Source: Flavobacteriales bacterium (GTDB lineage: Bacteria; Bacteroidota; Bacteroidia; Flavobacteriales; CAJXXR01). Taken from it: 57,423 bases of DNA. The DNA is taken from assembly GCA_049609625.1 (NCBI GenBank), contig JBMYYR010000004.1, forward strand, positions 1 through 57,423. Reading direction: 5' to 3'. A program made the position numbers and the translations under genes. Positions 1-7,597 of this stretch are shown here, piece by piece. Numbering within the stretch: the first letter of the stretch is position 1; every line of letters starts with the position of its first letter. The notes beneath the pieces were generated by a model that was given only the letters and a program-made list of their open reading frames with translations, was not told the DNA's origin and ran no database searches.

Positions 1-1921
1 ATTCAGCAAAGACCTTTGCGCCAGAAGAAGCCATAGAAGCAAGTGCACTTGTAGCAAAACTTCGCAACAAGTTTTCGCCCTTGATAACCTGATTACTTGC
101 CCAGCTTTGTAGGGAGGTAGTGGCTACACTAGCTACGCCATGCATTAGTGCCTTGACTACCAAGTTTACTTCAACGCAGCCGATGCCATAGGTAACCGCC
201 CCCGACAGAGCTCCAAAACCAACCGAAATTGCAAAGTCGTCCCAATTCCAGTTTCTAAATCCGCCATCAGAGGTAGCAATAACAGCCGTATAGGTGATGG
301 CCGCAATAGTAGCACCAATAATAATTGCTGCAGTCAATGTTACTAAATTCCCACTAGGATCAATATACTTCGTCGGGTTATTCAGCGCATAAGCATAACG
401 ATTATAATTCTCGCTATTCTCACGATCAGCAATGATTTTATCGGCAGAGAGGAAACGTGCCGTATGGGAATCATACAGGCGGGCATTCATGTGAATGACT
501 TTTGTGCCTTTTAGGTGTTCGTGACCAGTATAGCCTCGGTTGAACCATAAACCTATATTATCATTATCTAAAGTTTCTAAATCGGAACTAAAACTGGTGT
601 TTATGGGAACATTTGCCTGATTTGTGGGAGCAGTTGTTGCTGGCTCTTCACTAACTAAACTCAGGTTGGTTTGGTCGGCAACAGCAAAAGTGTTGTATAT
701 ATCCGACTGGTCATCGTTGCTTTCGCCATCAAAGGCTATGCTAGCAAAATCATCGTCATCATCACCTTCAAAGGCGCTTCCGTCGCTATAATAATTGGTT
801 AAAGGGCTTTCTGTCTCATCAAAAGTCCACGTGCTGTGATAGCGTCGACGCCCCCAAGCATCAAAATTTTGCTCAAATAGACTTGTACTCGCATCTAAGC
901 TTAATTTTAGTATCGTACCTTGATAATCGGTATGAGCTAAGTATTTTGTCCAGGCAGCATCGTTCTCCTCTTTCTTAAAAATAAACTCGGTTCCATCACC
1001 AAAACCAATATACCGAATGGTATACTTGTGCTCTTCATTATTTTGCTCATCGTAGGTTATGAGTTCTTCATAATCATTAAAGTAACGTCTTGTGTCTTCA
1101 TGCGTTGCGGTATTGATGTTTGAACTATAGTTAGAATAGCGCTCAGTTTCAATGCGGTGATCACTCAACCCTAGGCTAAAAGTGAAAAACATCCCTGAAC
1201 CTGCGTTAGTTGCACTTGATTTAATAGACAAGGGTTTGTCATTAACAGAAGAACTGAGTTGATGTACTGAAAGCTGATGTTCAGGAGCTATAGTGCTAGG
1301 TTGACTTATTGAACTGAGTTGATGAGGATTTGCGTTTCCATAGCTGTACATTCCCACATCTGTTTTACTCACAATATTAGCAGTTTCAGCTTCATCATAC
1401 GCTATGTCATAGGTCAATTCCTCAGAACTTGCATAGAGTAATGTACCTGCTGGTGGTGCTATACCTTCATAATAGCTGATATGGGAATAGACCTTAGAAG
1501 ACGTTAATTGATCGTAAGTAGCATTGTAGTCAAACTCTTCTCCTTTGTTACTTATCTTATCAAATTTTTTAATCAGGTTTTGAGAATAGTAGTCGTAAGT
1601 ATACTTTAGGTTATGTACTCCACCTGTTTTTACTTCAGATTCTAAGCCTAAGCGATTGTGTTTTTTGGTCGTCAAATAACCGAAACGTTTGTATCGCTCA
1701 ATGTTTCCATCTGCATTTTCAACCAAAGGTTCATAAAGGTCATCAAAACCAAGCATGCCAACAGTAGTTTTGTATTTGATTAGATTAACTCGTTTATTGT
1801 CATTATTATATTCGTATTCATAGCTAATGTCATCATTAACTTTAGTTTCTAAGCGACCCTCGGAATATGTATAGGTAGTTGTAGAAGTTTCTCCACTAAT
1901 GGTTTCTATCGATTCAGACAC
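1..1921 (-). CDS. Rhs-family protein: YD-repeat region, RHS repeat-associated core and C-terminal variable (toxin-like) domain. The 3' end lies beyond the window, and the frame does not match its apparent 5' piece.
   Basis: Own translation of a minus-strand frame; it is absent from the ORF track because it has no stop in the window. It reads TYTYSEGRLETK, YEYEYNNDNKRV, LKYTYDYYSQNL, FDAWGRRRY, RGYTGHEHL, VIHMNARLYDSHTARFLSADKI and NRYAYALNNPTKYIDPSGN, then a hydrophobic tail. The frame opens after TAG at 1922-1924. Confidence 0.8.
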   Translation of the reverse strand, partial: MSESIETISGETSTTTYTYSEGRLETKVNDDISYEYEYNNDNKRVNLIKYKTTVGMLGFDDLYEPLVENADGNIERYKRFGYLTTKKHNRLGLESEVKTGGVHNLKYTYDYYSQNLIKKFDKISNKGEEFDYNATYDQLTSSKVYSHISYYEGIAPPAGTLLYASSEELTYDIAYDEAETANIVSKTDVGMYSYGNANPHQLSSISQPSTIAPEHQLSVHQLSSSVNDKPLSIKSSATNAGSGMFFTFSLGLSDHRIETERYSNYSSNINTATHEDTRRYFNDYEELITYDEQNNEEHKYTIRYIGFGDGTEFIFKKEENDAAWTKYLAHTDYQGTILKLSLDASTSLFEQNFDAWGRRRYHSTWTFDETESPLTNYYSDGSAFEGDDDDDFASIAFDGESNDDQSDIYNTFAVADQTNLSLVSEEPATTAPTNQANVPINTSFSSDLETLDNDNIGLWFNRGYTGHEHLKGTKVIHMNARLYDSHTARFLSADKIIADRENSENYNRYAYALNNPTKYIDPSGNLVTLTAAIIIGATIAAITYTAVIATSDGGFRNWNWDDFAISVGFGALSGAVTYGIGCVEVNLVVKALMHGVASVATTSLQSWASNQVIKGENLLRSFATSALASMASSGAKVFAE

Positions 1922-2268
1922 CTAAGTGAATTACCACCCAAATTGAAACCCGTACCAAACAAACCAATATGTCCGCCCGAAGAGGTATAAGAAACCGAGA
2001 GACTTGGCTGAATACCGCCATTACCTGCTGGTACTTCAATACTTAAATTATAACCCGCACTCCCGTTGGGCAAAACCAAAGGTGTATTGTTGAGCGAACC
2101 CACTTTTGCATTTTCATCAAATTCTACCAATTGCCAATCTTGTTGCTGGAAGCCTTCATAAGAAATGTTTTGGCTTTGAGCCTGCACCGCAAGGCTAAAT
2201 ATTAAAGCTAAAAGGACAAAACTTAATTTGTAGTTAAGTGTTTGGATTGATTTTGTGATTTGATTCAT
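1906..2268 (-). CDS. Signal peptide plus SpvB/TcaC-N-terminal-like fragment, the likely 5' piece of the Rhs gene, ending at a premature stop
   Basis: Signal peptide SFVLLALIFSLAVQAQ. The motif IEVPAGNGGIQPSLSVSYTSSGGHIGLFGTGFNLGG resembles the conserved opening of SpvB-type domains. TAG lies at 1906-1908. Confidence 0.6.
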   Translation of the reverse strand: MNQITKSIQTLNYKLSFVLLALIFSLAVQAQSQNISYEGFQQQDWQLVEFDENAKVGSLNNTPLVLPNGSAGYNLSIEVPAGNGGIQPSLSVSYTSSGGHIGLFGTGFNLGGNSLRCLNR

Positions 2269-2311
2269 AAATTATATGGTGTTTTGAGTGCGTTTTGTAA
2301 TGAGACTAATT

Positions 2312-3247
2312 TTACCAAGTGATGTTTTTTCCTAATCCATAATGTACAGTTTTGATATTTAAGTATTCATCAATAATTTTTCCTGTAAAGACAAAACTAA
2401 GCGATTGATTATTTGTACGGACTAACTGAAACCAACCCGATGTAAACTCATACCAATCTTCTCCACTACTCCCTAAGTTGTAAACATAATCTATCTTCAC
2501 TTGGTCTTGTAAATTGTCTGTTAGGTTTAAATTTTTGCCAATGAAAGGCTCAAAAGGTTTAGCTATTTTTAAAATCAAAAGGTAATCAGTATAATCATCA
2601 AAAGCTGTAATTATTAATGTATCGTTGGTGTTGTTGATGTTTAACTCAGCATTGCTGTGTACCAAAGGTTGTTGAAAAATATGGAGGTAAGTAATAAGTC
2701 CCGTATCTAAACTTGTCCACGGTGTGGTGTCAACCGGAATAGGGTCAGGTGTTGGCGGCTCAATAGGTGGCGGTGGTGGTGCAGGTGTGCTGTTTTGTAA
2801 GAGCACATTGCGGGCTTCGCCTTGTAGCAAAGCAAGTCCGTTGTCTAATTCCACTTCAAAATCAAAATCAACACGGTTTTGTACTCTAAAAAGGTGTATC
2901 CTGCCCGAAACGGCAGTGGCTTTACTGTTGCCTTTGTGGTAAGTAAGGCTATAGAAGCCATTGGGTTTCAGCAGGTAGTCGCCCACGAGCAAATCATGTG
3001 TGCCAACCACAGCCATCTTAATAACTATGGAGTCTTGGGCGTTAAGGCGTCCCACAAGCTTAAACAAGCCTGTTTTGCCACCTTTGGTATAGCTGCTTTC
3101 GTAGTTTACTACTTCAAAAAAGTTGCTATTGCCTTGAGTGCTGAGTTCGTGCCAACGTATGCTGGCGTTGGTCTTTTCTTTCTCTACACTACAGCTACCA
3201 AGCAGTAGCAAAACAAGAGAAAAAAGGGCTATATGGCGCATGTTCAT
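2312..3247 (-). CDS. Lipoprotein of unknown function: two domains joined by a proline-rich linker
   Basis: Lipobox LLLLGSC and central linker PAPPPPPIEPPTPDPIP. It lies 43 bp upstream of the Rhs 5' ORF on the same strand. No family recognised. Confidence 0.6.
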   Translation of the reverse strand: MNMRHIALFSLVLLLLGSCSVEKEKTNASIRWHELSTQGNSNFFEVVNYESSYTKGGKTGLFKLVGRLNAQDSIVIKMAVVGTHDLLVGDYLLKPNGFYSLTYHKGNSKATAVSGRIHLFRVQNRVDFDFEVELDNGLALLQGEARNVLLQNSTPAPPPPPIEPPTPDPIPVDTTPWTSLDTGLITYLHIFQQPLVHSNAELNINNTNDTLIITAFDDYTDYLLILKIAKPFEPFIGKNLNLTDNLQDQVKIDYVYNLGSSGEDWYEFTSGWFQLVRTNNQSLSFVFTGKIIDEYLNIKTVHYGLGKNITW

Positions 3248-3397
3248 GGGCGTGGTTTTGAGTTTAGAAGTAGCTAAGCTAGGGTTTTAATTTGGATTGT
3301 GCAAAATTTAGCAGATGTCATTTTCGGACTAAGCACCTAAGTCTTGCTCACAGAGGCTGAGGGCGGCTTCGCTATACTTGCGTTTTCAGCATAGAGC

Positions 3398-3437
3398 AAA
3401 AAAAAAGCTAGCGACAAACATCACTAGCTTTTTTTTT
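3398..3437 (-). terminator. Second hairpin flanked by A-run and T-run (bidirectional-type terminator)
   Basis: aaaaaaaaa-gctag..ctagc-ttttttttt, located between the T9SS cargo gene and the lipoprotein gene. Confidence 0.5.
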
Positions 3438-3454
3438 AATCAGAATCTAAAACC

Positions 3455-3483
3455 AAAAACTCCGATACTAAATCAGAGTTTTT
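3455..3483 (-). terminator. Rho-independent terminator candidate after the T9SS cargo gene
   Basis: An 8-bp stem (aaaaactc / gagttttt) just downstream of the stop at 3495, followed by a T-rich run on the minus strand. Confidence 0.5.
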
Positions 3484-3494
3484 GATTGATTTTT

Positions 3495-5141
3495 TTAGTG
3501 TTTTACAAAATTAGTTTGCGACCACGTTCCGTTTTCTAAAACGCTGATATAGTAAACTCCAGAAGCTAATTTTGAAGCATCATAGCTTACGTTTCCTTCA
3601 GAAACAAATTCAACAACTTTTAAACCTAAAGCATTATAAACCTGAACAGTACGCTCAGTCTGATTGTCAAAATCAAGATAAAGTACATCTTCCACTGGGT
3701 TTGGATATACTTGTTGTCCGTTTGATAATTCATCAAGACCTAAACTCACGATATCGGTTTGCATTCTTGGTGAAATTTGAGCAGCTCCATTAAATTCGAT
3801 AGCAACACCTGTGTAGTTTGCGTTTACAGCTAAAATGTCCTCATCTATATAGTCAGCATCATAGAATGACGTACGAAGAACTGCTGCTCCTGTGGCATCG
3901 TTAATGTCGTAGTTCAAACCTGCTTCAAATGTTGTTCCTCCAGTTACAAGTGCATTTTCAATACGAATCAATTCCGACTCATAATCGTTGAAATTTGCAT
4001 TAAAATCAGCAATAGTTACCACTACAGGCGTCAATGTGTTTCCTGTTGATGAAGCCGAAGCTACATTTTCCATCGGCAAAAACTGCATCATACCATTATA
4101 AGAGCTCAACTCGCCTTTGATGTTCATCATTCCATCATAAATATCAAAAGATGTGGTAATAATACCATTGGGATCATCAATCAAAATACCACCTGTTGCA
4201 TCTTGGATATACTTTTGATTTCGGAAGCTATTGATTTGAGAAATAACAACTTCTCCAGTCAATTGATAGAGTTCGCCTTCTGTAGAAGCACGAAGTGTAG
4301 CGACGTCAGCCACGTCGGTTATCACGTTTTCTTCAACAACATAAATAATGGTATCGCCAGGGTGTGGCAACGGATTTCCTGCAAAATCTGTAAATCCGAC
4401 AGCAATAATAAACGATCCAAATTCATCTAAAGAAAGGGCAATAGAGCCTGTTGAGTTGGTGTCGTTATCTAGGTTAAGTCCTGGATCTACAACAGCGTAG
4501 CTCACCAAACCATCTACCGTATGTGTAAAGTTTTGGTAAGAGAAGCCTAAGTTTTCCGACAAAGGTAAATCGGCAGCAAAAGCAGATAGATTTACGGTGT
4601 CAGCAGAGTTTGTGAAATTTGCACTTGGTGTTGTAGGCTCGTTTCCTGAGCTTGTTGACCATGCAATATTGTCGACCACAACTTGTTTTGACTTGATGTT
4701 CAAGAGTTTCAAGTCGAAATCTCCCGTGATGTTCAGGCCTGTTACTTCAAAATTGTGCACTAAGGTGTCGTCAAATACAATCGATGTTCCGACCGAAGTA
4801 CCATTTACGATCATTTCAACTTGACGATCGCCACCGCCTGTAAATCCTTTTTTAAGGTCTACGGCAATAGTAGTGATGGTGTCGGTGTTTGGAATGTCAT
4901 TAGCCCAAACAGACGAACTGTCGGAAATTCGACGTAGCAAAAGGCTTTCTTCGTCAATTTGATATTCTGGCACAGTACGACCTGCTTTGTAGGTCCAGTC
5001 TATTCCATAATTTCCTGTAAAACTCCCATCGGCATAACTAGGTACTTCTGGTAAGTTGTCGAAGGTTTCGGTCTGGGTAACCTGAGCTTGTGTTGTTAGA
5101 GCCATGGCGAACAACGCTAATGTTGTAAAACATTTTTTCAT
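3495..5141 (-). CDS. Secreted protein with T9SS type-A C-terminal sorting domain
   Basis: Signal peptide LALFAMALTTQAQ. The C-terminus VYPNPVEDVLYLDF...VQVYNALGLKV...LASGVYYISV fits the Por/T9SS type-A CTD pattern. The cargo domains are not assigned. Confidence 0.8.
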   Translation of the reverse strand: MKKCFTTLALFAMALTTQAQVTQTETFDNLPEVPSYADGSFTGNYGIDWTYKAGRTVPEYQIDEESLLLRRISDSSSVWANDIPNTDTITTIAVDLKKGFTGGGDRQVEMIVNGTSVGTSIVFDDTLVHNFEVTGLNITGDFDLKLLNIKSKQVVVDNIAWSTSSGNEPTTPSANFTNSADTVNLSAFAADLPLSENLGFSYQNFTHTVDGLVSYAVVDPGLNLDNDTNSTGSIALSLDEFGSFIIAVGFTDFAGNPLPHPGDTIIYVVEENVITDVADVATLRASTEGELYQLTGEVVISQINSFRNQKYIQDATGGILIDDPNGIITTSFDIYDGMMNIKGELSSYNGMMQFLPMENVASASSTGNTLTPVVVTIADFNANFNDYESELIRIENALVTGGTTFEAGLNYDINDATGAAVLRTSFYDADYIDEDILAVNANYTGVAIEFNGAAQISPRMQTDIVSLGLDELSNGQQVYPNPVEDVLYLDFDNQTERTVQVYNALGLKVVEFVSEGNVSYDASKLASGVYYISVLENGTWSQTNFVKH

Positions 5142-5202
5142 AAAAAGTGGTTTTTTTTGTGAATTGCAAATTTACATTAAATCTACATTAATAAATACTT
5201 AA

Positions 5203-5241
5203 ACAAAAAAAAAGCTTTACAGATTTTGTAAAGCTTTTTTT
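5203..5241 (-). terminator. Rho-independent terminator after nusB
   Basis: Perfect 11-bp stem aaagctttaca / tgtaaagcttt with a 5-nt loop. An A-run on the plus strand gives a T-run on the minus strand. Confidence 0.7.
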
Positions 5242-5256
5242 GTTTCAGATGAGTTT

Positions 5257-6216
5257 TTAGGCTTTTGGTTTCATGATTTTGCCGTGGTCAATGAGTTTGC
5301 GTTGCATTTTGTCTAAAACACCGTTGACAAAGACATGGCTTTTGGGCGTGGAATAATCTTTTGAAAGCTCGATGTATTCGTTGATCGTTACACGTATCGG
5401 AATATCGGGAAAATCGTAAAATTCCGTAAGCCCCATCTTAATCAACAACTTGTCTACCAGAGCAATACGATCCACTTTCCAATTGGTCAATTCATCGGCA
5501 ATTGCTTTTTCTAAGGCCGCCGAACGGTTGATGGTTTTAATAAACAACTGCCGTCCAAAATCGATAATATTGCTATCTACCAAAGCTTTTGGCAGTACAA
5601 ATTTTTTGGTTTTTTCAACCGTTCTGAGGAATTTTAAGCTCATCGTATTCACCAAAGCAACATCATCAACCCAATTCAAATTGTTTTCCAAATAGGCTAA
5701 GCGCACGTCGTTATTGTGAGCCAGATGTTGGTCAAAGAAATGCAGAAGCAGTTCGTTTTCTTCGGAAGTTTCGAGGCGTTGGGCTTCACTTTTCAGAGCC
5801 GTTTCGAGAAGCCTCAAACTCAAGGTGTTTAGCAAGTCAACATGCTCTATTTCAAGATTATAATGAACATTTTCCAAGCTATTTTGAAGGCGTTCATCAG
5901 CTTCAATAAGGTTCAAAACGGCGTGCTCTCTAATGAGTCTAAAGGCGTTTAATTGATCAGAAGATGGTGTAAATTTCTTTTTTTCGATGTCTTCTAAATG
6001 AGCGCATTTAGCTTTTAGCTTCAGCAAAACATCGAGTTGAAAAAGAAAAAGTTTGAACACATCTTTAAAACTTGCTTGGAGTTTTTTGTCGGACTGAGCA
6101 AGGTAGTCTTGCTGAGCCAAAGTTTCATTACCATTCTGATTATCAGCATTTTGATGTTGCTGAAAGGCATAAAGTTGTTGAAAAACTTTTTTCCGAACTT
6201 GTCTACGGTTTAGCAT
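5257..6216 (-). CDS. nusB: Transcription antitermination factor NusB (long Bacteroidota form)
   Basis: N-terminus MLNRRQVRKKVFQQLYA and C-terminal NusB fold motifs RVTINEYIELSKDY..VNGVLD. The track ORF starts at TTG 6225; the first ATG is at 6216. Confidence 0.85.
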   Translation of the reverse strand: MLNRRQVRKKVFQQLYAFQQHQNADNQNGNETLAQQDYLAQSDKKLQASFKDVFKLFLFQLDVLLKLKAKCAHLEDIEKKKFTPSSDQLNAFRLIREHAVLNLIEADERLQNSLENVHYNLEIEHVDLLNTLSLRLLETALKSEAQRLETSEENELLLHFFDQHLAHNNDVRLAYLENNLNWVDDVALVNTMSLKFLRTVEKTKKFVLPKALVDSNIIDFGRQLFIKTINRSAALEKAIADELTNWKVDRIALVDKLLIKMGLTEFYDFPDIPIRVTINEYIELSKDYSTPKSHVFVNGVLDKMQRKLIDHGKIMKPKA

Positions 6217-6250
6217 CTGGGGCAAATATTGAGTTCTAAAATTGAGTTCT

Positions 6251-6293
6251 AAAAAAAAGCAAAAGCCAGGCCTGAATTTAGCTGTCTTTTGCT
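6251..6293 (-). terminator. Terminator candidate after the dehydrogenase gene
   Basis: Stem agcaaaag / cttttgct with an A8 run on the plus strand (T8 on minus). Confidence 0.5.
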
Positions 6294-6319
6294 TTTCTGA
6301 TTATGATTTTTTTATTGAC

Positions 6320-7384
6320 CTAAAAGCCGTTTTCGATGCGTTCTTCGGCAATGCGTTTCGCTGCATTGTGGGTTGTTAGGTTCTCTTTTTCAGCTCGGTT
6401 CAAAATATCTAAGGTTGTGTTGTAGATTTCCTCTGTTTTTGTCAAGGCTTTCTCGCGCGTCCATCCTTTAATTTCGGAATATACATTGATTAATCCACCT
6501 GCATTAATTAAAAAATCTGGTGCATAAACAATACCTCTATCTTTCACTTCTTGCCCATGAATATCTTCGTCGGCGAGCTGATTGTTGGCTGCTCCGGCTA
6601 TAATTTCACAAGACAAACGCTTTAAAGTCTCGCTATTTACGGTAGCGCCCAAAGCACACGGTGCGTATATGTCCATTTCTTGGTCATACACGGCGTCGCC
6701 CTCTACGATCGTTGCGCCATATTGCTTTGAAACCTCGAGTAATCTATCCATAAAAATGTCATTAATCATCACTTCTGCACCTTCTTTCGTAAGGTGAGAA
6801 ACCAAGCTTTCGCCCACATGACCAATACCTTGAACCATTATCTTTTTACCTTTTAGGCTGTCAGATCCCCATTTGAATTTCGCCGATGCTTTCATACCCA
6901 TATACACACCATAAGCCGTAACTGGAGAAGGATCTCCCGAGCCGCCCATTTCGATAGGAATACCTGTAACATGTTTGGTTGCTTTATGAACCATTTTCAT
7001 GTCGTGTGTCGTCATACCAACGTCTTCTGCGGTAATGTATGAGCCAGCTAATCGATCAACAAATTCGCCGAATTTTTCCATCATAGCATCGGTTTTTTGT
7101 GTTTTAGAATCGCCAATAATAACAGCTTTTCCTCCACCCAAACTCAAACCTGAAATTGCAGCCTTGTAAGACATCCCACGAGACAGTCGCAAAACGTCGT
7201 TAATAGCTTCATTTTCATTACTATAACTCCACATTCTTGTTCCTCCCAATGCGGGTCCTAAATTGGTGTTGTGTACCGCAATAATGGCTTTTAGCCCTGT
7301 AGCTTTGTCATGACAAAAGACAACCTGTTCGTGCTCCATGTCTTCCATAAAAGAAAGTACCGGATTGTTTACTTTAGTGTTCAT
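6320..7384 (-). CDS. Glu/Leu/Phe/Val dehydrogenase family enzyme (leucine dehydrogenase-like)
   Basis: Motifs LGPALGGTRMW, GLSLGGGKAVIIGD and the NAD-binding stretch VQGIGHVG. The track ORF starts at TTG 7408; the first ATG is at 7384. Confidence 0.85.
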   Translation of the reverse strand: MNTKVNNPVLSFMEDMEHEQVVFCHDKATGLKAIIAVHNTNLGPALGGTRMWSYSNENEAINDVLRLSRGMSYKAAISGLSLGGGKAVIIGDSKTQKTDAMMEKFGEFVDRLAGSYITAEDVGMTTHDMKMVHKATKHVTGIPIEMGGSGDPSPVTAYGVYMGMKASAKFKWGSDSLKGKKIMVQGIGHVGESLVSHLTKEGAEVMINDIFMDRLLEVSKQYGATIVEGDAVYDQEMDIYAPCALGATVNSETLKRLSCEIIAGAANNQLADEDIHGQEVKDRGIVYAPDFLINAGGLINVYSEIKGWTREKALTKTEEIYNTTLDILNRAEKENLTTHNAAKRIAEERIENGF

Positions 7385-7597
7385 AGCGTCGTTCAATATG
7401 GTTTTCAATATGTTTATGAGATAGTTAAGTAAAACATCAGTCTTTTGGTTTGACTACTGTTTTACTATTTTTTTTCTGTTATCGCTTCATTTAGAGGCTG
7501 TAAAGATCTTATGTTGGAAAAAGAATTACATTTTCTTTTTAGAATGCGCAAATTTAGTGATTTTTTTTGAGATTTGTAGAGACAGCTCAACAATTCT

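Noticed and set aside
1251-1324. A 14-bp direct repeat gaactgagttgatg at 1251-1264 and 1311-1324
   Set aside because: It lies in frame inside the Rhs coding region and simply encodes a repeated HQLSS peptide. It is too short and isolated to be an att site or an array.
1906-1924. Programmed frameshift or stop-codon read-through joining the two Rhs pieces
   Set aside because: There is no slippery heptamer or obvious downstream stimulatory structure at the 16-nt frame overlap. The missing ~1 kb or more of expected YD-repeat sequence points to damage or recombination rather than recoding.
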